Source: Octopus bimaculoides
Taxonomy: Eukaryota
DNA length: 38,166 bases
Direction of reading: 5' to 3'
NCBI RefSeq assembly: GCF_001194135.2
Contig: NC_068987.1
Coordinates: forward strand, 58,851,605 to 58,889,770
Shown: piece by piece, positions 9,428 through 21,106 of the stretch
Numbering within the stretch: the first letter of the stretch is position 1
Layout of the letters: the number at the start of each line of letters is the position of its first letter
Notes under the pieces: generated by a model
The model's database searches: none
Seen by the model: the letters and a program-made list of their open reading frames with translations, nothing else
Told to the model about the DNA's origin: nothing
Made by a program: the position numbers and the translations under genes

Positions 9428-10419
9428 AGACAGCATATTTCAATAGAAATAGGATAGGAAAATGAAATTTAAATGCTAAAAAAAAAAATCCCTTCACAAT
9501 TACTAGGATCACAACTAGAGCAGAAATTTTTCCTTTATGCTTTGAAGCTACAAATCTTAGGTTCATTGTTGTATCAAGAGATTCAGGAATAAAATAAAAT
9601 AAACAGAAAAAAAAAAAGCCACACTTGTGGGAGAAAATTTTTTCAAGTCTCTAAATATGATTTTTCAAGACAAAAATTAGGAAATTCAACTGAAAAGATT
9701 CCTCTGGAAGCAAAGCATAAAATGAAAACAAATATTCTTTTACACAAACTGTGAAAATAATTAGATGCAGGATGGTAACTGCACAGACACAAACAAAATA
9801 ACTGAAATAGAGGGTAAGAGTAATTTGGAATAAAAACATTAAAAAGAAAGAAAAGAAAAACAGCAACAGTGACAGTGACGTCAAAGACAGCAGCAGCATC
9901 AAAAGAATCTTCAGTTCACTATTACCTTCTTCTAAAGGAGAATTTGTAAAACATTAGTAAATGAGGATTGGAAAGTTTAGTGTTTCAACATCTTGCCTGT
10001 CAATGAAGAAAAGAATAATTAAAAACAAATGGAGAAGTTGTTGGCCTCACAGTTGGCAGTAAATGGCAAGAGACCAAAACTTGTCATTCTTTTTGACTTC
10101 TTGTTGCTAACACAGACCCTCTTTGGTTTGTTTGAATTCCAGGCTTCCCCCACTATAGTTTCCAATCTTTGCAGTATAAAGATGAGGACACAAGGGATTC
10201 AAGTTAACAGCAAATGATTCTTATCTTTATATTTTATCTTTTACTTGTTTCATTCATTAGACTGTAGCCATGCTGGAGCATTACTTTGAACATTTTCTTT
10301 CCAGTACTGCAATATTTATGCCTAGGTGGACTAACTTTTGGGAATTAGGTCCTTAGATATGAATTAAAACACAACACTAGACTGGATGAAAAAGACAGTA
10401 CATATAATTATGTACTGTA

Positions 10420-10985
10420 AACAGCAGCAGTACCTACTGTAGCAACAGCAGTATACATACTGTATGCAACAAAAGCAGAACCTATATTAGCAACAGCAGT
10501 GGTATCTATATTAGCAACAGCAGTGGTATCTATATTAGCAACAGCAGTGGTATCTATATTAGCAACAGCAGCAGTAACTAAATTAGCAACAGTAGTTGTG
10601 ATTATACAAGCAACATCAGGATACCTACTGAAGCAATAGCAGCATTGTCTATATTAGCAACAACAGCAGTAACTAAATTAGCAACAGTAGTTGTGATTAT
10701 ACAAGCAACAGCAGGATACCTACTGAAGCAATAGCAGCATTGTCTATATTAGCAACAACAGTGGCAGTGACTATATTAGCAATAACAGCAATACCTATAG
10801 TAGCAAGAGCNNNNNNNNNNAAATTAGCAACAGTAGTTGTGATTATACAAGCAACATCAGGATACCTACTGAAGCAATAGCAGCATTGTCTATATTAGCA
10901 ACAACAGTGGCAGTGACTATATTAGCAATAACAGCAATACCTATAGTAGCAAGAGCAGCAATACCTATATTAGCAACAATAGGTA
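10420..10985. repeat. ~24-bp minisatellite (ctatattagcaacagcagtggtat) with ~95-bp higher-order repeat
   Basis: Near-perfect 24-mers occur around 10482-10570, and aactaaattagcaac recurs at 10576 and 10671. There is an N gap at 10811-10820. Confidence 0.9.
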
Positions 10986-11719
10986 GTATACATAGCGCAC
11001 ACACTCGAATTCCCCTATTGCACGTTAATAACTCCGAAAGAACACAAATCCAGAAGATGCTCAGATAAGAAATTTTGTTTTTTTTTCAATTTCGTACATC
11101 TACTCTTCTATTTCTGCACAGATCATAAACCCCTTATTAGTTCTTTTCATTATTCTATCTATTTCATTACCATGTAAACATAGTTTAAACATAGTTTCCT
11201 CTTCCTCGCTGTTGTCTTAAAACAAACTTAAGTTCCTTCATGTGCATTTACAATTCGTCACCTATTCATTTATCCAAGTTTGTCACATTGTAACTTATTT
11301 CTCTAATTTTGTCACAGATTGGCTGACCGAAAATTCTAAGATTTTTCAATTCTATTTCACTATTATCAGCATTTGCTGTTTCATTGAATTATGTTACCCA
11401 AAATCCCAAAAGAATATTTTTCTCCCTCATGTTCTATCCCTGATCACCCTAACTCTGGCTCCATCTCTCTCTGTTTCGATAACCACCTGCTTCACCAACA
11501 CTTCTCTCTCCTCCACCACTCCACCCTATATAAACTAGCGCACACACTCAGATTCCCCTACTCCATTTTAATAACTCCACCAAAACAATACGAATCCAAA
11601 ATATGCTCTTGTCTAATTTTACTATTTCCCGGTATGCTCTCCCACCCACTGCACTGGAAGTCGCTATCCTCTGTCATCTTTTGGTTGTATCCCATGAACA
11701 TCTAAAGGCTTAATGCCAT

Positions 11720-12858
11720 CCCTACCCCTACTTAGGGTTTATTTCCTATGTAAGGTAGTGATCATGTAGTGCATAAAAATGATGGTGTAGTGTATACAGG
11801 TTGAAGGCATTTGTTTGTTTATGAATTCTGCCAAATGTGAGCTTTCTTCTCACGTACATGATGCTGATGTTCCCCATCCCAGGGTCTCATGGGCCCACAC
11901 CTCCCACAGCCTCAGAGTTGGCACACTCAACGTGGGCACACTGAAAGGTAGGTCTGGTGAGATTGTTGAGATGCTTGAATGGAGACACATAGATTTGTAC
12001 TGCCTCCAAGAAGTAAGGTGGAAAGGAGGTTCCACTAGGTTCCTCACAGGCAAAGAACACAGGTACAAGATTTTCTAGGCAGGGAACACAAGATTTTCTG
12101 GGCAGGGGTCGGGGGTGTGGGTATACTTCTTGCGGAGAAATGGGTTGATAAGGTAATCAAGGTAGTCAGAGTATGCAATAGAATACTTAAGATTAGATTA
12201 GTGCTACATCATGGGTTAGCAACCATTATCTTGCCTACACCCCTCAGCCGGGGCTACCGAATGTGGGGTGTAACCAGCCCACTTATGAATACCCTTCATT
12301 CACTGGACAATAAACTCTGCTCACGAAGACCTATTGAGGCAAGTGAAATCAAATCAAAATCATTGACGTGGCCGATGACAATACTGCCTGATTGGCACTC
12401 GCGCCAGTGGAACATTAAAAGCACATCCAAGCGTGATTGTTGCCAGAGCCATGGATTGGCTCCTGTGCCGGTGGCATGCAGAAAGCACCATTCAAGTGTG
12501 ATCACTGCCAGCGTGGTCATTGCCAGTGCTGCTGGACTGGCTCCCATGCAGGTAGCACGTAAAAAACACCATTTGAGCATGGTCGTTNNNNNNNNNNTGC
12601 AGGTAGCACGTAAAAAACACCATTTGAGCATGGTCGTTGCCAGAACCGCCTGACTGGCCCTCATGCCAGTGGCACATAAAAGCACCCACTACACTCTCAG
12701 AATGGCTGGCATTAGGAAGGGTATCCAGCAGTAGAAACTTTGCCAGATCAGATTGAGCTTGGTACAGCCTTCTGGCTCACCAATCCTCAGTCAAATCATC
12801 CAACCCATGCCAGCATGGAAAGCAGACGTTAAACGACGATGATGATGATGATGATGAT
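11720..12858 (+). mobile_element. Internally deleted RTE-clade LINE: AP-endonuclease remnant (11911-12262) fused to 3' UTR, no RT
   Basis: LRVGTLNVGTLKGRSGEIVEML...IDLYCLQEVRWKG...YKIF*AGN...GVGILLAEKWVDKV..V.RVCNRIL...(S)AYTPQPGLP, then directly 3' UTR subrepeats and a (GAT)n tail. It contains a stop at 12076-12078 and frameshifts. The 5' boundary is uncertain. Confidence 0.85.
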
Positions 12859-12934
12859 CAACAGCAGCAATACCTGCATTAGCAACAGTAGTGCCTAGAT
12901 TAAAAAAAGTTTCCATCAGCAATAATAATGAAGA

Positions 12935-13358
12935 TCTCAAATTTCGACACAATGCTAGCAATTTCAGGAGAAGGGATAAGTAAATTGCATCGATCCCAGT
13001 GTTTAACTGGTACTTATTTTTATCGATCTCATAAAGATAAAAGGCAAAGTTGACTTCAGTGGAATTTGAACTCAGAATGTAAAGTTGAAAGAAATACCAC
13101 TAAGCATTTTGTCCAATTAGCTAACGATTCTGCCAGCTTGCCACCTCAGCAATAATAATAATAATAATAATAATAATCCTTTCTACTGTAGGCACAAGGC
13201 CGGAAACTTGTAGGGAGGGATTAGTCGATCACATCAACCCCAGTGCTTGACTGGTACTCATTTTATCAAGCCTGAAAGGATGCAAAGTTGATCTCGGCGG
13301 AATTTGAACTCAGAACATTTCATCCAGCATGCTACTGATTCTGTCAGTTTGCCACCTT
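12935..13358 (-). mobile_element. Two SINE family B copies (12935-13147, 13178-13358) separated by (AAT)n
   Basis: Both contain aaggcaaagttgac/atgcaaagttgatc...gaatttgaactcagaa...ctgccagc/ctgtcag. Confidence 0.8.
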
Positions 13359-13519
13359 AAAACAACAACAACAACAACAACAAAAATAATAATAATAATA
13401 ATAATAATTCATGTAAGAACTACAGAAGCCTAAGCTATTAAACCATTATGAACTCATCAATGTGAGATAACTTGTGGAAATCATGGGCCCACTCCTATTC
13501 TTAGCTCTGATTATACCTT

Positions 13520-14090
13520 TATCTATTACTTGTTGCAGCCATGCTGGAGCAACACCTTGAAGAATTTTTAGTTGAACAAATCAACCCCAGGATGTATTTT
13601 TTAAAGCCTGGTACTTGGTCTCTTTTGCTGAACCACCTAAGTTACAGGGACATAAACACATCAACACTGGTGGTCAAGAGGAGGTGCTGGGGGGATAAAC
13701 ACAGACACAAAGACACAAACATACATATATGTATATATGGTGGGTCTCTTTCAGCTTCCATCAACCAAATCCACTCACACAATTTTGGCTGGCCCAAGGC
13801 TGCATTAGAAGACATTTGCCCACACCTGTACATGTAGTAATTTTTATTTTAAATTCTCAAGCAATGCATATCATCCAATATCTCCCTTTTACATGCTTGC
13901 ATGGGTTGGATGGAGTTTACGTGAGGCAGATTTTCTTGGAAATAAATGACACTGCTTGCATGACAGTGACACTCATTTACAACTCTCACATAATGTTAAG
14001 ACAAGGACACACACATACACACACACACATACAGAGGGCTTCTTTCAGTTTGTGTCAACCAAATCCACACAAAAAGGCTTTAGTTAGCCA
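13520..14090 (-). mobile_element. Decayed SINE family A copy plus tail-D SINE fragment
   Basis: Family A 3' domain and core at 13520-13815; tail D and core at 13880-14090. Confidence 0.7.
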
Positions 14091-14554
14091 ACACCCGCAC
14101 CTAGTTCAGATACTGATAAGCAACAAGCAGGGGAGGAAGATCAGATAAGGTTACCTAATACAGCAATATACAGACTACTATAGTCAGCATGACACACAAC
14201 AAACTACTGAACACAGATGGTATAAACAGTAACCTTTGAACTCTAACCCAAGCATTAAATTAATACAATATCCAGTTTTCATACTAAAGTCTAATATGAA
14301 TATGTAAAACTGGTTTCTTTTCATTCAGCACAAGGTGAATTTTATTTTTATAGAGCAAAAATAGAGTCCACTGAATCAACTCTTGTATATTACTGATACT
14401 CTTGTATATAACTGAATATACAAGAGTCGAATCAACTCTTATCTATTACTAGAGACAGAGATAGAAAGAAAAACAAAAATTATTAGCCTTTGAACCTGCT
14501 ATGCTAAATTACACTTTATTATAGCTGTATCATTCTTTAAATGTCTTTTATCAT

Positions 14555-14860
14555 TTATCTTTTACTTGTTTCATAGAGGGGACCACAGCCATATTGAAGA
14601 AGTGCCTAAAAGTGTTCTAAGTCAAACAAATTGACCCCAGCACTACAGAAACACACAAACACATATTTAATACACATACACAACACACACACACAATACA
14701 CCCACATGCATACACATATCTATGGCAGGTTTCCACATAGTTTCTGCCTACCTGATTTGCACACAAGGCATTCATTAGACCAAGGTGTCGCACAGTGACT
14801 GAACCCGAAACCATGTGCTTTCAAACCATGCTTCTTAACCACACAGCCATAACTATGCCT
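14555..14860 (-). mobile_element. Decayed SINE family A
   Basis: It has a 3' domain remnant and the head gactgaacccgaaaccatgtg...cttcttaaccacacagcc. Confidence 0.65.
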
Positions 14861-15419
14861 ATCAACATTTTTTTTTTTTTTTATATTTCCTCTTCGAATT
14901 TTCATTTTCTCATCCCATTTTAGTATATTTTATTTTATTATCATTATTTTTTTTTATTCGAAGAACATTCTGGGAAGACAGTAAAGAAATTTGCCTTTTT
15001 TGATTTCATGACTAATATCAACCACCTCAGTGTTGAAATATCTGAACACATTAGTTCATTAGAGTGGCATTTATAGACTTCACTTTGCACAATAAATCAG
15101 CTGGCAGAGCCCATCCCACTCCAAGAAATACTAACAGGAAGAATTGAAATTAACACTGCAAAGCTAATGAAATACTTTATCACTTTTACAATGCTTATGC
15201 AATGTACAGCAGTAAGTTGTAACATACTAAGAAATTTATATACAGCTACATGTATGAGACCAGAGTGAAATGGATGTCTTGGAAATACAACATAGTTCTG
15301 GACAAAGGATACAACCTGCAAACAGTTTGGATGTTAATTCAACAGTTTTGTTGACTTATTTCTATTGAAATACATGGCTTTTGTTTCAGCTAATTTTGAA
15401 AATGATCTTGTAGCTTTTA

Positions 15420-15785
15420 TCTTTTACTTGTTTCAATCATTTGACTGTGGCCATGCTGGGGCACTTACCTTGCAGAATTTTTAGTCGAACGAATCAACCC
15501 CAGTACTTTTATTTTTTAAAGCCTGGTACTTATTCTATCGATTCTTTTGCCAAACAGCTAAGTTAAAGGAATGTAAACACACCAACACCTGTTGTCAAGT
15601 GGCGGTGGAGGGAAACATTTGGGCTTCTTTCAGTTTCCGTTTACCAAATCCACTCACAAGGCTTTGGTTAGCCTGAGGCTACAGTAGAAGACACTTGCCC
15701 AAGGTGTCATGCAGTAGGACTGAACCCAGAACCATGTGGTTGGGGAGCAAGCTTCTTACCACACAGGCACATCTGTGCCTAGGAA
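15420..15785 (-). mobile_element. SINE family A, full length
   Basis: Runs from cttttacttgtttca...ggccatgctgg through core to head aagcttcttaccacacaggcac. Confidence 0.85.
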
Positions 15786-15874
15786 GAATTTAATGAATTT
15801 AATAAAATATTGTTGTCATTATAATGTTGGAACATAAATTAACATGAAATTTTGACAGAAAGTTTTAGTTTAAT

Positions 15875-16098
15875 TTAATCCTTTAGCATTTAAACTGGCC
15901 ATTTCAAGCCCAAATATTCTACCTGCTTTATGCTCATATGACTAGATCTGGCTTCTCACACTCACCCTACAATGTCATTCTAAAAATAAACAATTATAGC
16001 ATATCCAAATCTTTCAGCTATGAGATAATGCACAAATAATTCAAAACAACGTAAATAAATAACCATTAAATTTGACAACATGAATGTTAAAGGATTAA
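15875..16098. mobile_element. TTAA MITE family E
   Basis: ttaatcctttagcatt...gaatgttaaaggattaa. Confidence 0.8.
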
Positions 16099-16386
16099 TA
16101 CAGTAAACTTGTATCATTGGTCCATGGGGTAGACTCAAGTGGGTCAGTATGAAAAGGGTGAAACCATATCAACTAAGGCAGCTACAATACACTTCTAGCA
16201 GGAGACAGAGGGTATGTCTGTACCATTGCGTGCAATGGATAGCTATGAGGTAGGGGGGGGGGCTGCGGCAATTCTTTGTTAGAAACGTGCTGGTAGGCAA
16301 TATTTTAAAATTATCAGCAATCTTTGAATTTACAGGTCCCATAATGAATTTTGCAACAGAAATTTAATGCTCAAAGGGATACCTAC

Positions 16387-16552
16387 TTTTACTGCCATGA
16401 TTTTACCACTGGGACGATGCCTCATTTTCTCTACCACACCATAAGCACCTTGACCTAGGGTACTTAAACTTTCCAAATCATCTGCATCACAGTTGAACTT
16501 TTGTCCTCCTATATTGATTTCAGTTTTGGAATCCAAATTACCAGGGGGATTG
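16387..16552 (-). CDS. MAP2K6: MKK3/6 coding exon (166 nt): NPPGNLDSK...LGQGAYGVVEK...IMAVK (Gly-rich loop and catalytic Lys)
   Basis: Acceptor tttttctttttcag| and donor |gtaggt. It encodes kinase subdomains I-II, closely resembling MKK6 (PPRDLDSK...LGRGAYGVVEKMRH.PSGQIMAVK). Confidence 0.95.
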
Positions 16553-16594
16553 CTGAAAAAGAAAAAAAAAACAGAAACAAATTAAATAAGATTT

Positions 16595-17135
16595 AATCAT
16601 CACTTAATGTCTGCTTTCCATGCTGGTATGGGTTGGATGATTTGATGGTTGGCAAGGCTGGGACTGACACCTGGTTCCATTGTCTGTATTAGCATGGTTT
16701 CTACAGCTGGATGACCTTCCTAATGCCAACCATTTTACGGAATGTACTAAGTACTTTTTAGGTGGCACTATCACCAGTGTTATTGATTATATATTATTAT
16801 ATCTCATCATCATAGTTAACATCCACTTTTCTATGTCTGCATGGGTCAGATGAAATTTACTGATGCAATCAATGCAATATTTCCCTGAGGGAAGACATTA
16901 TTTTTTTTTAACCGAAACCCAAACAGTGATTGTTTTTACACTCATCACATGATGTGAAGGACAAACACACACACACAATTGCTTCTTTCAGTTTCCATCA
17001 ACCAAATCCACTCACAAGGCTTTGGCTGGCCCAAGATTATAGTAGAAGACACTTGCCCAAGGTACAGTGCAATGGAACTGAACCCAAGACCACATGGACA
17101 GGGAACAAATTTCTTAACCTCACAACCACATTGGC
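16595..17135 (-). mobile_element. RTE tail fragment (16595-16775) and tail-D/head-A SINE (16810-17135)
   Basis: Similar to the other copies in the window. Confidence 0.65.
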
Positions 17136-17599
17136 ATGCATGCACACACACACAACTTCAATTACACATCCACTCTGTAAACAGTGTGAGTATACATGTG
17201 TGTACATGTTTGTTTATATATATATATATACATATAATGAAATTGACATACACTATTCTCAGCTAGTTAATATGAAATGGTGGTTGTTAAATTAGAATCT
17301 TTAAAAGTGAAGAGTATTGGTAAGACTAGACCCCTCCTTTGCAACACTAGTAGTATGATGTCAGCCAGCTGCAAGTATCAATATTTGATTAAATTTCCAA
17401 TAGAAGCCATGTTCACATCACACTAAAATAAAAGGTATGAAGAGAATGCCACAACTCCTACATATTTATCTCCTGTAGAATTTAGCTTTGTGCACTTACT
17501 GAAACAAAAACAAAACATATTTTTCCCCCATATTGGTGTCTGAAATGTTAATTATTTCTGTAGTAGTGTTTTCTAACAAAGGCACAAGGACACAATCTT

Positions 17600-18080
17600 A
17601 TCATAACATCGACTTCCTCTTGTTTGCATGGGTCAGATAGAATTCGTTGAGATACATTTTCTATGGCTGAAGGCCTTTCCTATCACCAACTCTTACTTGT
17701 TTCCAAGCAATGTAATATTTTCCCCCCATGACCAGACATGCTTCTATAGAAGACTGGAAAAGAAGGATACCATATGTATGACAGTGACACCTCACTGAAT
17801 GATTATCATTAATGTCAAGATAAGGAAACACACACACACACACACTGACAAGCTCCTTTCAGTTTCCATCTATTAATCCATTAGTATTTAAACTGGTCAT
17901 ATCAGACCCAAATATTGTACCCTTATGTTTAAACAGGCCTCTCAAACCTACCTTAAAATGTCATTCTAAAAATAATATCATTGAAATTTCAAAGTTACAA
18001 GATAATGTACACTGAATTCAAAACAATGTGAATAAATAAGCATTGTATTTGACAGAGTAATCTGAATACTAAAGAGTTAG
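17600..18080. mobile_element. Tail-D SINE fragment (minus, 17600-17880) and MITE E (17880-18080)
   Basis: Similar to the other copies in the window. Confidence 0.6.
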
Positions 18081-19484
18081 ACCCACTGTGATTTTTGTCA
18101 GGGGCTATTATAGAGGACACTTGCCCAAGATGGTCACATAATGAAACTGAACCCACAATGTGGTTTATATCAACACCAGTATTGAACTGGAGTTTATTAT
18201 ATTGACCTTTTAAAAATGAAAGGTGAAGTCAGTCACAGTAGGACCTGAACTCAAAATGCAAGAGAAGTAACTAAATGCCACAAGGCATTTCTCTAATAAC
18301 AATATGCTGTAAATTTAAATTTGTTAACATCAATCCTGTTATTATTATTATACAGTGGAAATTTCCAATCCAGCCAAATCTATGGACATATTTAAATTTT
18401 CTAGTTGAAGAAATATTTTGCTTCATTGATATAATTCACGAGAAAAGTGTGAATCTCACTTATTCCTTAGTTATAAATGTTAGGCTTCATGTCTACCAGG
18501 AAAAGGAAATAGAAAACCATTCCATTCCATTCCTCATATGCTATGAACATCATCATCATCATCATAGCAATCTACATCTGGAAATAGATAGGTTTCACAA
18601 ACAACCAAGGCAGACTGAAACAAGTAACACATTAGGTAGGTCGACATCCTACTGCCTCAGTCAGCTGTGAATTTGAAAATTCTTTAAAAAATAAATAAAT
18701 ATAAAGGTAACATAAGAAAACAAAACCAAATGTATTAAACTACTACTCAGTGCATTATAGCACATTATTTTTTTAAAAATGTGGAATTAACTGTGAAAAC
18801 ACAAAACATTGCTTTATTTGTTATTATGGTTTTGTGAGATTTCAACCATGAGAAACCTTTTAAATAAAACTGTTTAATACCCAGAACCAGGCAATTAGTC
18901 TTTGTTTAATCCAGTTGTGCTACAACTTGGTCAACAAAAGCTTATACAGTTTCACTTTTGTTTATATAGCAATGCATGAGAACTTAAAGATCTGTGTAAA
19001 ACTGAGTTTATAGGGTGTTAAGAAAATGGCCTGACCTCCATCATTTCCATGTGTCCTATGCTGGTGCCACATACAAAGCACTCTGTCCAACCCTTGCAAG
19101 CATGGAAAAGTGAATGTTAAAATGATGCACTCTTCTTTTCTACACTGTTACATACCATAATTCTTATAATTTATCTAGGGATAAATATGCATGGACACAT
19201 AGGGTACTTGAAGATGATTGGTAAATGCATGGATCAAAATGTAGAGTAGATTTTTAAACTCTAGCAACTGTAACTAATAGATAAGGCAATAAAGCCTGCC
19301 TGATAGTAAGTTAGAAAAAAAAAATTCACTTGAAAAATTCTTAGAAAAGGTTAAGAATTCAAATGTTTAGAAAGACAACAAAATCAAAAAATAATTCCAG
19401 GGAGCAAGAGAGATGAGTCATTGTTATCTCTAGTGGTCAAGTATCCATCATTGACAAGACCAAGAAAGGTCGGTCAAAATCATA

Positions 19485-19678
19485 TCTTGTGGGCTTGGCA
19501 CTGAAAATGGTAGGGATTTATCTCCATGTTAGCAAATATAAATAAGTGTGCATTCTGCACTAAAAAGTCAATATGAGAGTTTCTCTAATGGTGTCTACAG
19601 CAATAAAGTTTGTTCTAAAGGTACAATAGGGATAAATATTACCTCTTGGTATTAATACTGCCCATCGCTAACATTTAT
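19485..19678. repeat. Unclassified dispersed repeat, copy 1
   Basis: ggatttatct...aatatgagagtttctct..atggt.tctac.gca.ta.agtttgttc...tattacctct..gtattaatactgcc also occurs at 29385-29585 and 29637-29757. Confidence 0.7.
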
Positions 19679-20888
19679 ATTCATACAAGCAGTGTCGTTT
19701 ACTTCTGATCTTCCATGAAAACAGGTCCAGTGACACAGAAATTTTACTTGGCTTGAAAACAAGCGAGGGTTGGCAACAAGAAGGGCATCCAGCTGTAGAA
19801 AATTTACTTCAACAAATTCTGTCTGACCCATGCAAGCATGGAAAAGTGGACATTATAATGATAATGAGAAGGAAGAAAAGGGCATGAATCCTAATTCTTT
19901 TTATCAACTTTGGCCTTGTATTGCAACTTCAAGCAAGATATTTTTAACCCTAAGTTGGCAACAACACCATTTGTAATAAGAACCATGAGATAAGAGCCTA
20001 AAAATAAAATTACTATCAAAAAAGAAAACTTTGGTGATCATGTAAGTGAAACATTTACAGTTTTTACAGGGAAGGAAATGAAGGTAGAGTCACTAAAATC
20101 TTCAACTGTTTATCTTAACCTATTGACTCAATTACCTAGTTTCAATTAATTGACACCAATAGTAACTTTCATTTTTACCCTCTTCAAATTCATAAAGGAA
20201 GAAGGGAAGGGAATGTTTTGATACGTGTGTCTTTCTCCAGAGGCAACCCCAAACTAGTAACTGAAATAAATGTAAACAGACTCAATCCAGCAGAGTAAAA
20301 TCTTAGTGCTATGAAAAATTAGAAACCTGGAAAGAGACTTGAAGGAACACCACCTAAACCTAAGTTTAATTTCTTCATTAAATGATCTAAAATAATTTGC
20401 AAGTTTTTCAAGTACTTTTACTAGCTTGATTGCCAAGTTTTACTTCATAAATACCTATTCCCACTGTAAAGAGCTCCGGCTTATTATAATAGTTAAAAAT
20501 AGCCACTATCTTATTTTTCTTAAATTAGTAACCAGCTTTTACTCTAGCTTTCTATATTTCTGTAGTAAGAAAAGCACTAAGTAAGCCGTAACACTAGAGC
20601 ACCAGACTAAATGCATTACAAGACTGAGTCCCATCCATTTAGGTTTCAAGAACAGATCTTTAAACATGCATTTTTGTTTTTAAAAATGGATTCATTTTCC
20701 ACTAGGTGACTTTGCCTTTCATTCAATCAAAGTTATTAAATAAGTACCAGTAATATGTACAGGTGTACAATGCAATCACAGGAACACCTTGTTCTCTGCA
20801 AACATTAACATCATTTTGTGAAAAGAGAACTTTAATATTTCTGTCTGTCAGGTTTTAATTCTAGGTAGAAGGCAGTCACCTTTACATA

Positions 20889-21106
20889 CGAGAGGGCACT
20901 GAAAAGTTCCTGGCTTTAAAAGGTATTGCAAAAAGCTTGGTTGGAGGCCCAACCTTCTGAGTTCTTTTACAGGGCTTAGAAAAACTGAAGGACTGTTGCA
21001 ATAAGTGTGTGAATCTGAGAGGAGAACATGTTGAATAAAATCATAATTAACAGATCCTCCTGTATTTTCTTTTACTCAAAGCCAGGAACTTTTCAGTAAT
21101 CCCTTG
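20889..21106 (+). mobile_element. Mariner/Tc1-type non-autonomous element with TA TSD and transposase C-terminal remnant
   Basis: TIRs cgagagggcactgaaaagttcctggcttt and aaagccaggaacttttcagtaatcccttg, with TA at 20887-20888 and 21107-21108. The interior encodes LQGLEKLKDCCNKCVNLRGEHVE-stop. Confidence 0.85.

Noticed and set aside
10676-10940. Third higher-order minisatellite unit after the 10811-10820 gap
   Set aside because: It repeats sequence just before the gap, so the copy number is unreliable. I did not use it for the periodicity claim.
10420-10985. CRISPR-like or Ala/Thr/Ile-rich coding interpretation of the array
   Set aside because: There are no unique spacers and the context is eukaryotic. 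ORF 10886-11068 is simply translated minisatellite.
12546-12638. Exact ~40-nt duplication on both sides of the 10-N gap
   Set aside because: Identical sequence flanking a gap is typical of unmerged contig overlap, so it is probably an assembly artefact.
16330-16536. ORF-track start (MDSKTE...) and the read-through tails of this ORF and of 998-1180
   Set aside because: The start is a TTG inside an exon whose real acceptor is at 16552. The extensions beyond AVK and IASS, and MFQIFFFQ, are intron.
20225-20260. Acceptor-like tttatttcag on the minus strand
   Set aside because: There is no convincing donor and no MKK similarity in any frame.
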